Shown: positions 9,115 through 19,626 of the stretch, piece after piece | Numbering within the stretch: position 1 is the stretch's first letter | How the letters are laid out: each line of letters begins with the position of its first letter | Virus record (IMG/VR): IMGVR_UViG_3300031992_000007 | Span: 32,001 to 96,000 of that record | DNA length: 64,000 nucleotides | Strand: one strand, 5' to 3' | Source: a virus | Lineage: Duplodnaviria; Caudoviricetes | Notes under the pieces: generated by a model | What the model was told of the DNA's origin: nothing | Databases searched by the model: none | What the model saw: the letters and a program-made list of their open reading frames with translations, nothing else | Program-made: the position numbers and the translations under genes

Positions 9115-9969
9115 TTAGTTCGAAAAGCACATATCAAACAGCGAGACGTTCTTCCCGTCGTTCGTGAACAATTTAGGTGACGCACCTCTGGTGAGCACCG
9201 TGTCCTTCAACGTTATCTTGTCGCACATGAATGCGTCAAGTATGCGCTGATCTGTGATTATCGACTCTTGGCCGACGGATTGTAGTTTTTCCTGTGTCTC
9301 TAGGAACTGCTCCTTGCTAGCCTGAATTTCAACGTCAGCGACGTCGAACTTCCTGGAAGCATCTAGAGAAATTCCATAAGACTCGGTTGCAACATTGGGG
9401 TCTCTGAACCGTTTGCTTGCTTTTAGGAAGCCCGGTCCATCAACCGCATCGAAGGTAACCAAGCTCAGCATCTTCTTTTGGACGATGCCATTCTTAGTTC
9501 CTGTCTTGACCGCAGCGGATCTAAGACTGAACGATGTGTTGCGCAAACCATCCTGAAAACTCTCCTCAAGATACTTACCGTAAGGACCGAAAGGCTTGAC
9601 ATCTCCATAGATCATGATGATGTCATTACCACAGTCCACACCGTAGACTCTTGTGAAGAAATGGGAAACCTTTGTGCGGTCTATGTACAGAAGACGGTCG
9701 AGAGACTTATCTCCAGTCAGGAATGGGTGACCCCACTCGCCTTCCATATCTCCTGTAGACACGTTGGCCGCGAACCTCGCTTTAGCATCTGTGATGCAGT
9801 GCAGAACAGAGTTCTTTTCGTAAGAGCAGTTGTTACGGGAGTCACAGCCTATAACCGTAAGAGGGATGCCTGTGTAGACACCATCCTTGTTGGGTTTAAT
9901 AGCTTTGAGTTTCCTCCCTTCCATCTCCATTTGCGTCGAGATGGAGAATACGACATTGTTGCCGTTCAT
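9115..9969 (-). CDS. prohead maturation protease (T4 gp21/phiKZ gp175 family)
   Basis: GEWGHP (His), KVSHF, KPFGPYG, FSLRS (Ser), TFDAVDGPG; C-terminal ATES/GQES autocleavage-type sites. Confidence 0.88.
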   Translation of the reverse strand: MNGNNVVFSISTQMEMEGRKLKAIKPNKDGVYTGIPLTVIGCDSRNNCSYEKNSVLHCITDAKARFAANVSTGDMEGEWGHPFLTGDKSLDRLLYIDRTKVSHFFTRVYGVDCGNDIIMIYGDVKPFGPYGKYLEESFQDGLRNTSFSLRSAAVKTGTKNGIVQKKMLSLVTFDAVDGPGFLKASKRFRDPNVATESYGISLDASRKFDVADVEIQASKEQFLETQEKLQSVGQESIITDQRILDAFMCDKITLKDTVLTRGASPKLFTNDGKNVSLFDMCFSN

Positions 9970-9994
9970 GCATTCTCCTGTTGTAGAAGGTGGA

Positions 9995-10684
9995 TTAAGT
10001 GCGCAAGAGATCTTCGATAGGACTGTTCATCGTATTCGGATTGTCCAAAGCAGCATTGATGCCGTTCTTCATATCCGCACCGACTATACGTGCCTGAGTA
10101 GAACGAGCTGCGTGGGCAACATCGTTCAACTGGATCCTCATGAAATCATCTTTCATCGGACTGTTTCGGTACTGCACGTTAGGATCATTCGCATCTCTAG
10201 ACATGTAGGAGAAGATAGCTTCATAGACGACATGGTCGACAGGGAAGGTAATGCCTGACGTCTGTCTGATCTTGTCGAAGATGAAAGCCTGATCTTCATA
10301 CGTCATCGCTTTAAGCGTATTGCCGTACTTGATATATTCAAGCCAAATGTAGAATGCGAGCTTCTCCTCCACGATAAACTTCGTGGTCTTCATGAAGACA
10401 TCACCTTTGTTGAAGATGAGCTGCACGTAAGCTTTGTTGTCGATCACGATGTTGTTGATCTCAGATGGGAACATCTCTACTCTGGCTACCAGGAAGCAGC
10501 CAGATTGAATCCCATCAACTTCCATATCGAAAACACCTAGTGTCGTGACGGAGTCAGCAACCCTGAGACATTCGTAATTCTCTAGTTTCTGAAGAATAGT
10601 CACTATACACTTATCCCCCGTGAAGATCACGGGGGAGTTAGCGTCTTTCTGCGAAAATTTCTTCAAGACCGCTGGATTCTTCAT
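9995..10684 (-). CDS. conserved phiKZ-like hypothetical protein (gp176-like position)
   Basis: 229 aa ORF next to the head protease; C-terminal NP...PIEDLLR; synteny. Confidence 0.55.
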   Translation of the reverse strand: MKNPAVLKKFSQKDANSPVIFTGDKCIVTILQKLENYECLRVADSVTTLGVFDMEVDGIQSGCFLVARVEMFPSEINNIVIDNKAYVQLIFNKGDVFMKTTKFIVEEKLAFYIWLEYIKYGNTLKAMTYEDQAFIFDKIRQTSGITFPVDHVVYEAIFSYMSRDANDPNVQYRNSPMKDDFMRIQLNDVAHAARSTQARIVGADMKNGINAALDNPNTMNSPIEDLLRT

Positions 10685-10696
10685 TTAACCTTCCTT

Positions 10697-12097
10697 TCAG
10701 CCTCTGAAGATGAAATCATAAATGGCATAATCTGGCCACAAGATCACATCTTCTTTAGCGATGTCAGTCGGTTTCGTGAAAAGCATCCCTCTCGCCGACA
10801 TAAAATTGTCCTTGCTTGACTTGAGCTGCACTATTGGCAACTCAGGTCTAACAGTTACAGTCGATGTCTTCCAACGAATCGGTTCAGAAACATCGGCATA
10901 AAATGTAACAGTGTGCTCCTCACGGGCATAATCATAAACTAAGTCCGTCACCTGGTCAACAAGCAATCCTCTTGCAAGCTGATCGAACTGTGTTCGATGT
11001 GAACTTGCATAAGTGTTGGTTGTGATCTGAGGATTGGGCTTAATCGGTTCAGCAGTTGTCCACCATTTCGGATGAACGACTATCTGAAGATTTGGTTTGT
11101 TTACAATCACGAAGAAACTGTTATCATCTTGCATCAGGGACCAGATGTCAACAGTGGCTTCAAGAACAGTCTTGGTCGTCAGAAGTTTGCCTTCGCAGAT
11201 CTGTTCATCGATAAGAGAAGCAGGTGAGATAGCTCTCTTGTTGAGAAGGACAACATTCCCGACAACTTTGTAGTTCTTGGGAGTTAGGATCCTTCCCTTC
11301 AGAACGACAATAAGAGACTGCGTCTTAGAGTTGAACCTTCCGGCAGGAATAGTCACTTCTCCATTGAGACTTCTCTTGCAGTCAGTCATCCGGAGAAAAG
11401 AACACCCACCCTGACTATCGAAATCCATCAGAACCATCCCTCGGTTCCGTTTGTTAGGATCCTTGTAGTACTTGATCTCGTCGACTACTTTCCCGTCAGA
11501 ATTGGTATACCTTCTACCAAGAGTGACAAACAACCTTCTGTCTACAACTTTGGGAAAACAAGCAAAACCATTACAAATAGGAAGAGTAACATCAACATGG
11601 ATTGTTGGGTAGTTAAAGTCGAACTGATAACCAAGTACATTAGGGTTATCGGGATCCACAACCAGCGCTTCCCAAGTACTGTCGACCTTAAAAGGGAGCG
11701 CATGTTTCTCGCTATCCGGGTTGATGTACTTAGGAGAACAGTCATTATAAAAACGAAGCCAATGATCCAAATAAGTAGTTTCGTGAGCATATTCCACCTC
11801 ACTTACTTGGACTTTCGAGGGAGGAACGAACGGGCGACTGATTCGGTACTGGGCATAGGTTTCCGAGTCGAGGATGAAGTTACCTTCCTCGTCCGTTGGT
11901 CCAAGGTTCCAATCTTTAATCCCGGTCCTGGCCCGAGTGAAGTTGATTGCGACATATTCATCCCCTTCCTTACCATAGCCAATAACAGCGCCCTCCTTGT
12001 ACAGGAAGGGCGCGTCGGCCATATTGGCAAAAAATGAAGAGGAATAGAAGTCCATCTTGCCGGACTCGAACGCATGTAATACACGATCTATTGTCAT
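10697..12097 (-). CDS. hypothetical, probable virion structural protein
   Basis: 466 aa ORF with AGGAG SD within the structural gene cluster. Confidence 0.6.
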   Translation of the reverse strand: MTIDRVLHAFESGKMDFYSSSFFANMADAPFLYKEGAVIGYGKEGDEYVAINFTRARTGIKDWNLGPTDEEGNFILDSETYAQYRISRPFVPPSKVQVSEVEYAHETTYLDHWLRFYNDCSPKYINPDSEKHALPFKVDSTWEALVVDPDNPNVLGYQFDFNYPTIHVDVTLPICNGFACFPKVVDRRLFVTLGRRYTNSDGKVVDEIKYYKDPNKRNRGMVLMDFDSQGGCSFLRMTDCKRSLNGEVTIPAGRFNSKTQSLIVVLKGRILTPKNYKVVGNVVLLNKRAISPASLIDEQICEGKLLTTKTVLEATVDIWSLMQDDNSFFVIVNKPNLQIVVHPKWWTTAEPIKPNPQITTNTYASSHRTQFDQLARGLLVDQVTDLVYDYAREEHTVTFYADVSEPIRWKTSTVTVRPELPIVQLKSSKDNFMSARGMLFTKPTDIAKEDVILWPDYAIYDFIFRG

Positions 12098-12120
12098 TGA
12101 CGAACTCCTATTCTCATTTG

Positions 12121-13095
12121 TTACTTGTTGCCACGGAACGTGAGGGCAGCAATAGAAGAGTCCATTCCCTCACGGACCATGTCCGCACGGTTCACGAAAC
12201 CGATCAAGCTTTCCACAGCCTTGTAGAAGCTATCGGAGTTGTGACCGAACGATTCGAGAGTATGCGTCTCGTTAGGAAGCGAAGCACGGATGTTCGAGAC
12301 AGCTGCAAGGAAGTTCTCCTTGGAAGTCTTCATCTTGGACATTGCCGTGAGTGCATCCTCTTTCTTGTGGTAGCCGAGATCGACAAGAGTGTACTCCTGA
12401 CGAGCCAGCTTGCTTGCAGACTGAGACAGCGAGACATTGGTAGCACAGGCATTGATCACTTCAGTGATGGCATCTTCAGTCTCTTCCGTATGGAACGGAA
12501 TGTAGACCTGATGTCCAGTGCCCTGACCATTGTTCTCGTCGGGTTCCGGAGGATTCTCCTGCGTCTGCTGTTCCTCGTCATAGATACGCACCATGAGAGG
12601 AGCGACCTTGTTAAGGAACTCAGAAGCAGCATCGAGTGCTTCGGTAACCTTGTCGATAGCAGCACATGGGAAGCACGGATCAGCGAGCTTCTCTGTAGTA
12701 GCTGCTTTGCCGAATGCATTGTCCGACACCCGATGGTTGAACCTCAGTTCCCAAAGAGCCTGATCGTCCTTGACGGCAGCAGCCTTATTGAGAACATTGG
12801 TCAGATCCGCCTCTCGCTCAGCCACGAGGTTTCTGAGAGCCTCAAGAGTCTGATACTCCTGCTTGGTGAGACGATCGATGATCTCCAATCTGAGTTTGGT
12901 CTTCTCAGCGTTGGACAGAGTGTCAACTACAACAGACTTACCGAGAAGTCCTTCGAGGGCACCGTCAGACCCATTGATGCTATCGTAGAGTTCAGCTGTG
13001 AACGGACCGTTCTTGAGGATGAAGAGTGACTGGTTAAGGTTAGCCAGCACTTCCATTGCCTCTTTGTGAGCTTCAGTGAGCTTGATGTTTTTCAT
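12121..13095 (-). CDS. putative internal head protein
   Basis: 324 aa, helical, with AME/ALE (A-x-E) head-protease-type motifs near the N-terminus. Confidence 0.5.
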   Translation of the reverse strand: MKNIKLTEAHKEAMEVLANLNQSLFILKNGPFTAELYDSINGSDGALEGLLGKSVVVDTLSNAEKTKLRLEIIDRLTKQEYQTLEALRNLVAEREADLTNVLNKAAAVKDDQALWELRFNHRVSDNAFGKAATTEKLADPCFPCAAIDKVTEALDAASEFLNKVAPLMVRIYDEEQQTQENPPEPDENNGQGTGHQVYIPFHTEETEDAITEVINACATNVSLSQSASKLARQEYTLVDLGYHKKEDALTAMSKMKTSKENFLAAVSNIRASLPNETHTLESFGHNSDSFYKAVESLIGFVNRADMVREGMDSSIAALTFRGNK

Positions 13096-13195
13096 TGTAT
13101 TCTCCCAAAAAGAAAATGTTGTTCGGATTCCGTATATTTAAAAGTTAATCTACGTTACACGTAGGTAACATATACACGAAACCCGAACGAATTTA

Positions 13196-16057
13196 TCAGA
13201 CGACTTTCACGAATCGCTGAGGTGTTGACGGTATTTCCTTGTTGACTTCGTATGCCGTGTCATTAACGAACCTGTTATTGGTCGCATCAAACACGAAGTA
13301 TTGCACGCCAGACTTGTAGGTCGCGTCAGCTGTCGGACTATACGGGAACCGAACCTCAACAGGAACTCCATACACCCACTTGTAATCGACAGTGTCCTGG
13401 TCTTTAACCGCGAACTCCACGATCACTGAGCCCATCACCTGCGTGTTAAGGAGATCGTCGTCTCCAACCACAGTAGGCAGAGGACCACCGAGGGTGTTGG
13501 TAGGATAGTACCTGCTTCCAGAGATATTCTCTCCGTTGATCACAAGGTTGATCGCCGCATTGTTCATCGAGAACTGTTCAGGTATTTCCTTCCAGTCTGA
13601 AGTTATCGGACGGAGTCTCTGCAGGAACCAGGAGGTTCTCTGATCAGCGTTGAGAACTGTACCGACGACTGTGCCTATAACCTCAGTGTAAGTGGAAGTT
13701 GTCTCATCGAAGGTGAAGTACCTGAAGCCTGCCTGAACCTTGATGGTATAACGGTTAACCTTAGTCTTACCAGGGACTGTTGGGACCAAAGTTCCAGACT
13801 TGTCGAAATACTCAACTCCTTCAAGGGCATACTCAGAAGAGAGAGCATCGTACGTGTCAACTTCGGCGATCGTACGGATACGATATCTGTTGACAGCATC
13901 AGTCATTCCATCATTGTCGACATCGACAGGATCAGGATAAGCCTTAGTGAAGTAGTTCTTGAGGAACTCCGTCTTATTCATGAACGAATCGACGGTAGCT
14001 CTACCGATGTACAAGGTATAACCAGTACCAGTCTCAGCAGGAACACACTCTATCCAAGGACGGATAGCGTCAGTCACAGAACCATAAGGAACCTCACCAG
14101 AAGTGTACTCCTCAATAACAGAGGTATCAGTCCTGAACGAACCGATAAGCCACTTGGCAGCTATACCCATGTCAGTCCACGGCTGGAGACGCATCGCAAC
14201 ATTCTGTCTGTACACATCTGACTCGTAGCCGTCTTTCTTGACGACGTAAGCAAGTCTTCCGTGTTCATACAGACCGAAGTTCTCACCTAGCATCTTAGGA
14301 TCAAGAGCAAGGACACTTCCATTGGGGTCTTTGTAAGATGCGTTGTTGAACAGGAGGTTCATGGAACCACCAACCGCGCTTCCTTCCGATATCAACTTCG
14401 GTTCAGTGAACTCGTTGTTGTAGGGAAGGAACATGAACACATACTTACCCGTCTTGTAGTCCCACACTGGGATGGTACTTACCTTACGGACAGTTGTGCT
14501 AGCTCCAGCAACTACTTTGACCCTGAGGGTAGTGGAGACGAAGTTCTTCGACATGTTCTCGAACACTCCAGACACTTCTGTCGGGAAGAACTTGAACAAG
14601 ACGCTGAAGATCTGTCCTACATTGGCAGAGTTGATGTTCTCGATGCCGTACGCGAAAGACTGTACATTGTCGATAGGAACTACTTCGGATGAACCATCGT
14701 TGAAGTTGAGAGTAGGATGAAAGATCCATCCAAGCTCCTGAATAGTCCTACCAACTTCAAGCTTAACAGTCCCATCTGTGTCAAATTCAGCATTCTGAAC
14801 CACCACAGAGAAGTTGTCAAGCTGTTTGGTTATCTTGGTAGTTGGGTTAAGGACAGAACCAGGCTTGACTATGAGAGTCAAGCTAAGAACCATCCGGTAA
14901 GCATCACCCTCGAACTCATAGACTTCCATCGTCACGGTTTCACCGGACGAAAGATTTACTCCTGGCTTGAGATAGCATCTCTCAGGGTAACGAATGGATG
15001 CATCCGGGTTAGTAGACTCTGTTATCCATCCTTGGAACTCCTGATAACCAGCACCAGAGTAGTTGTTGATGAACTGATCACCACGGACGAAGATCCTAGC
15101 ATAACCAGGATCATCTCCAGAAAGCAGATAACCAACCTTGGTAGGTTCCTTGTCACCCTGCTTAGGATAGACATTGTAGTCCGTACCAGGAACAAGCTGT
15201 CGATAAGACTTCTTACCTGTCTGGTCGTAGACCTCTAGATAGTACGTCTTCCCCGAAAGGTAGTACTCATCAAGTGTCTTGCAGCGCACGCTGGCAGAGG
15301 TCGGGTCCGGAATGATGACAGTCCGGTAGTTTGCCCCAACTTTGATGGCGAAGAGTTTGCCTTGGTTGCCAGAGAGCTTATCCTTGGTGAGAGTGAGGCT
15401 TGTAGTTGTTTCTCCAGAATACGGGATAAGTGCATCGTTCGTGATTCCTATTAGAGACTTGTCCGGGACAGCAATCGAATGGCCTTTAGCATCCCTCAGG
15501 GCGTAGGCGTAGAGTCTATGCCCATAGAGCATGAGTTTCCTATCAGGGCAAGCCCTAATGAGATCCTCGTCCTTCTCGAGATACAACATGAACCTATCGT
15601 TGCCATAGTCCACTATCCTGGTGGAAGCTTCCGTATCCTGTCCATTAATAGACGGGACCAAGATGGACTTGAACGTTGGGTTGTCACCCTGATCGTCGAC
15701 AGACTCAACGATCAGGATGGATCTTTCTTTGAAGTTACCGTAGTCCGTGTCACAGACAACGACACTGTTGACAGCAGGAACGTACTTCCCCGTCTGGTCA
15801 GCATGAGCCTCATTAACTTCGTACCAGCCTTTCTCTTTAGGGTTAACTGGAGAAGTACTAGAGATGCTTACAGGAGTGAAGGTGATCGTTCTGTTGGCAT
15901 AGCTTCGTGTGTAGTACGTCTTATCCTGGACAGTTATGTCTTCGGTAGGGATGTACTGGTCGTTGTCAGGATCATAGATCTGGGTAATTCGGACGACATC
16001 AGGCCCGATATTTCCAAACAGGACTATCGGGTTATCTGTAGAAATTCCTCTACTCAT
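13196..16057 (-). CDS. baseplate/structural protein (phiKZ gp26-like) with inserted repeats
   Basis: 953 aa; GKYVPAVNSVV, PDRKLMLYG, SGETVTMEVY; position between terminase and sheath. Confidence 0.65.
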   Translation of the reverse strand: MSRGISTDNPIVLFGNIGPDVVRITQIYDPDNDQYIPTEDITVQDKTYYTRSYANRTITFTPVSISSTSPVNPKEKGWYEVNEAHADQTGKYVPAVNSVVVCDTDYGNFKERSILIVESVDDQGDNPTFKSILVPSINGQDTEASTRIVDYGNDRFMLYLEKDEDLIRACPDRKLMLYGHRLYAYALRDAKGHSIAVPDKSLIGITNDALIPYSGETTTSLTLTKDKLSGNQGKLFAIKVGANYRTVIIPDPTSASVRCKTLDEYYLSGKTYYLEVYDQTGKKSYRQLVPGTDYNVYPKQGDKEPTKVGYLLSGDDPGYARIFVRGDQFINNYSGAGYQEFQGWITESTNPDASIRYPERCYLKPGVNLSSGETVTMEVYEFEGDAYRMVLSLTLIVKPGSVLNPTTKITKQLDNFSVVVQNAEFDTDGTVKLEVGRTIQELGWIFHPTLNFNDGSSEVVPIDNVQSFAYGIENINSANVGQIFSVLFKFFPTEVSGVFENMSKNFVSTTLRVKVVAGASTTVRKVSTIPVWDYKTGKYVFMFLPYNNEFTEPKLISEGSAVGGSMNLLFNNASYKDPNGSVLALDPKMLGENFGLYEHGRLAYVVKKDGYESDVYRQNVAMRLQPWTDMGIAAKWLIGSFRTDTSVIEEYTSGEVPYGSVTDAIRPWIECVPAETGTGYTLYIGRATVDSFMNKTEFLKNYFTKAYPDPVDVDNDGMTDAVNRYRIRTIAEVDTYDALSSEYALEGVEYFDKSGTLVPTVPGKTKVNRYTIKVQAGFRYFTFDETTSTYTEVIGTVVGTVLNADQRTSWFLQRLRPITSDWKEIPEQFSMNNAAINLVINGENISGSRYYPTNTLGGPLPTVVGDDDLLNTQVMGSVIVEFAVKDQDTVDYKWVYGVPVEVRFPYSPTADATYKSGVQYFVFDATNNRFVNDTAYEVNKEIPSTPQRFVKVV

Positions 16058-19000
16058 TTCTTAGTTTCCTTGTGTTTGATGTTGTCTTCCGGCAGGAATA
16101 CCTCACACAGCTCACGAAGAGTGTCGTAGTCCTCCCTGTACTTGGCGACAAGCGGATGATAAATGCCATACACATCGATGAAGTTCAGGTAGTAGTCCAA
16201 CATCTTCCCCTTGTCATAGATGACATCCAGATCGTACAAAGCCTTGAAGTACGTGTTATCCAGGAACTGCTTCTTATAAGCTTCGATATTCGCACAGTCT
16301 TTAAGACGTGTGATCTCGTAACTTTCGTCAGTCAGGTACTTGGAGATAATAGCTTCAAGGAAGATAGAGTACAATCTGTGGGAATGGGGTATGATCGCAG
16401 TCATATCAGGAAGTTCGAAGTCCTCGATGAAGAACTCATGGATCTGTTCGATCCTTCTGAGATCCTCTTCCATAGCTTCATCATAGTCCATGATGTCCTT
16501 GATCATAGTGGACACTGAGGTTTTGACTTCATAGGTCGCACCGTTCCTGCACTTAACAGGATTGAGTGTCATCTCTCCCAACATCTGCTTGTAGTTAGCC
16601 ACAAGCTTGCCGTCTACAACAAGTGTACTGAGTTCATCGAACCAGATGGGAGTTTGTCCCTTCCAGGAGATGTGAGATCCAATGACGAATCCCCTCTGTA
16701 CAGAATAAGGTATAACAGTAGTGTTGGTTCTAATGACGTTCAACTCATTCTGTTCCTGCAGGTAGCTGACACACTGTCCGTAAACAGTGATGGTGTCTTT
16801 AGCACCTTCGATCGTTTCATAGCCCGAGGTGATGTAGTCCAGGTTGGGAATAAGACGCTTGTTGTTGATGAAGACTAGCTCGCTGTCCAGAGGGATGGCG
16901 AGCTGGTTAGCCGCACCATTTTCCTTCCAGAGCTTCTCCCCTATTATCCCAGTTGTGCCAGGGAAGTAGGAGGTGTCGTGGTAACCGCCACGGACTATTT
17001 CGAACGACTGAGAGTCTTCGACCGTGTTCGGACCTTCCATGATAAGGTAATCTTCCCCTCCGGCAACTATAGCCGGGAAGAAGGTGAAGGTATAGGTTTC
17101 CCTATCGAACACACCAAGATCCTCGGGATCCATCGGAGTGTAGACGTTCTTGGTAGAGCCGTCTATGTCCTCAGTTGTTCCAACCATGTAGATCTCCCAA
17201 GAGTCCAAGGTAGCGAACTTGTGCTTAACCTCGGCTTCCTCCTGGTGGTCTCCCATGTGCAGGATCTCGAAGGAACCTTTGTGTCTCCTGTCGAACAGTT
17301 CAACAGAAATAGTGTCGTTCAACTTGACATCGTTCTTCAACTCGTAGATGGGATCCATATCCTCAGCAGATGTAATGTCTCCAACAACTCCGTCCAAGCA
17401 AGCCAGTTCGTTGGGATCGAGCCCGATCAAGGAACCAGTGAAGAGCATATGCCCGTTGTTGTTCTCAACGAACTCAAGCATACTCTCCCCAGGGTTGTAG
17501 TCAACTCCCTTGACAAGCTTCCTGTATTCCCTATCGATACGTGCGAAATAGACAACATCGTCCTCGAAGTTGAGAGCTAACCGACCACGTTCTCCGTTGT
17601 CATCGAAATCTTCCTCAACAACTTTGACTGGAGTGGCCTCCACAACCAAAGCACGTACGTACTGATCACCAAGCGTCTTGTAATACCTGACGTCATTCCT
17701 GAACGTGTGATCCTTGGTTTCCCTATATACCTTATTAATACTCACCTTGAGACGAGTGGAGTAGTTAGCAGAGATGATGGAAGCAGCTTGAACAGTCTCG
17801 ATGTCATTGTGGTCGATCTCCCTGACATCAGTGTTGGTCGAGCAAGTCTCGTGCCAGGACACGTCACACTGATCTACCCTAACACCATTGTGGTAGACTA
17901 CAGGGTAGTAGTCCTCTGTTTCCAATTCAGGGTAGCTCAGAGCAAGGGGAACTGACACAACTACAGATTGGGTTCCTGCTTTAGTAACCCTGTAGTGGAA
18001 GATCCTCTTGCCTATAAGAGCAAGGACGTGGAAATACCCGAGAATATCGATGTAGTCCTGGATACTTCTCGAAGTGTAGAACGGACACATGTAGGTCTTG
18101 ATGGGATCTCCAGCCTGGTGATGAGGGCAAAGAGCATTGATACCACAGACTGAGCACTGACCACGACAGACAGGGTTGTCTGCGTAATTGTCCCTCTTGC
18201 ACCACTGTTTCAGATCGGTGGAGAAGTCTTCTTCATCGATAGCCACGAGGGTCTGCTCTTTACATCTCCTTCTAAGAAGAGCATCAGCGTATTTGCTGCT
18301 TTCCAGGAAGTCAGCCTTCCAGAACAAGAGCTTAGGATCACCGACAGTCTGCCAGCTGTGTTCACCAAGAAGCATCTTGATGATATCGTCATCATCCAGG
18401 TTGTAAAGGAAGTCGATATAGTGACCATCCCGAATGAACATGGAGGAATGTCCGTGCGTTCTCACATAAACCCTGACTGTGATACCCTCCCAGCCTTTGA
18501 GAGTGGCAATATCACTCAGTAGAGATGTACTGATGCTGAAGTCACTGTGAGTTATCTGGTGGAACTTGTCTACCCTGTCACAGGCGTACAGATGCAGTCC
18601 TTCAGTGCAATCCTTCCCAGTGGGATAGACCCACAACCCACACGTATCTGGGGTTATTAGTCTGTATTCCGGGTTAAGTGCTTTTGGGATGTGAATGAGA
18701 AGTCTTCTCTCGTTAGTAGGAGGAATAGACGGATCCTCAGTCTCTTGATCGATATAGATCAGTTCATCCTTGAGCTCAACATCAACCACTCCAAGGATGT
18801 CCTCATCCACAACAGCCTCGACATAGTCCTTGGCTTGGATAAGGGAAGAATAGTCACCGACACAGAGCATGCCGTTCTTAGTGACATAGTCAGCTTCGGC
18901 TATCTTTACAGATTCTCCTTTACCAGTGGGAAGCGCAACTCGCCCGATGGTCGCCATTGACCTGATTTTGGGAAGCTGAGATGCAGTGAGTCTAGCGAAC

Positions 19001-19626
19001 CCAACTTTGTTATCGGCAGTCTCGTCACTGTCGAAGTACTTCCCGAAGATCATGTCATCTGCATGAGGGAAGCAAACTCCCGTCTCGTCGTATTTACCGA
19101 TATCTCCAACGAGCTTCCTGTACATGTTGGACTCAACTGCCACGAGCATGCAGTCGTTCTGGTCAGCTTGTTTGATGTAGATGTAACCTCTGTTGAGGCA
19201 GATACCTTCAGTGGTGAACATCTGAAGGTCGAGGTGATTCTTGGTGCAGTAGGTGCTGAACAGAGTCCAATTCGGAATGTTGAGAACAGTTGAACCGAAG
19301 AAGGAAGCAGGTACTGAATAAACAGCGAACTGCAATCCATTCTTCGGCAACCAGTCCATCAGTTCCTCGTCACTCGAGTACGGCGGCAAGAGGATGCTGC
19401 CGTACCTGCTCGGGAAGAAGCCTGCAGCAAAGTAAGGACGATAGAGAACTTCACCCTGTCTATCCTTCTTCGGAACGCCGTTGTTATCCAATTCGACATT
19501 CTTACTTAGGAGTTCGGGCTTGATGTAAGACCGATACTGGGTGTAAGGTTCATTCCAGACCCTGTCAAAGACATACTTCTCAAGATGTTCACAGATCCTC
19601 TTAGTCGTACTGAGTTGCGTTGTCAT
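16054..19626 (-). CDS. baseplate/structural protein (phiKZ gp27-like)
   Basis: 1190 aa; VWNEP, HQITHSDFSI; ATGA overlaps with both neighbours; synteny. Confidence 0.65.
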   Translation of the reverse strand: MTTQLSTTKRICEHLEKYVFDRVWNEPYTQYRSYIKPELLSKNVELDNNGVPKKDRQGEVLYRPYFAAGFFPSRYGSILLPPYSSDEELMDWLPKNGLQFAVYSVPASFFGSTVLNIPNWTLFSTYCTKNHLDLQMFTTEGICLNRGYIYIKQADQNDCMLVAVESNMYRKLVGDIGKYDETGVCFPHADDMIFGKYFDSDETADNKVGFARLTASQLPKIRSMATIGRVALPTGKGESVKIAEADYVTKNGMLCVGDYSSLIQAKDYVEAVVDEDILGVVDVELKDELIYIDQETEDPSIPPTNERRLLIHIPKALNPEYRLITPDTCGLWVYPTGKDCTEGLHLYACDRVDKFHQITHSDFSISTSLLSDIATLKGWEGITVRVYVRTHGHSSMFIRDGHYIDFLYNLDDDDIIKMLLGEHSWQTVGDPKLLFWKADFLESSKYADALLRRRCKEQTLVAIDEEDFSTDLKQWCKRDNYADNPVCRGQCSVCGINALCPHHQAGDPIKTYMCPFYTSRSIQDYIDILGYFHVLALIGKRIFHYRVTKAGTQSVVVSVPLALSYPELETEDYYPVVYHNGVRVDQCDVSWHETCSTNTDVREIDHNDIETVQAASIISANYSTRLKVSINKVYRETKDHTFRNDVRYYKTLGDQYVRALVVEATPVKVVEEDFDDNGERGRLALNFEDDVVYFARIDREYRKLVKGVDYNPGESMLEFVENNNGHMLFTGSLIGLDPNELACLDGVVGDITSAEDMDPIYELKNDVKLNDTISVELFDRRHKGSFEILHMGDHQEEAEVKHKFATLDSWEIYMVGTTEDIDGSTKNVYTPMDPEDLGVFDRETYTFTFFPAIVAGGEDYLIMEGPNTVEDSQSFEIVRGGYHDTSYFPGTTGIIGEKLWKENGAANQLAIPLDSELVFINNKRLIPNLDYITSGYETIEGAKDTITVYGQCVSYLQEQNELNVIRTNTTVIPYSVQRGFVIGSHISWKGQTPIWFDELSTLVVDGKLVANYKQMLGEMTLNPVKCRNGATYEVKTSVSTMIKDIMDYDEAMEEDLRRIEQIHEFFIEDFELPDMTAIIPHSHRLYSIFLEAIISKYLTDESYEITRLKDCANIEAYKKQFLDNTYFKALYDLDVIYDKGKMLDYYLNFIDVYGIYHPLVAKYREDYDTLRELCEVFLPEDNIKHKETKK

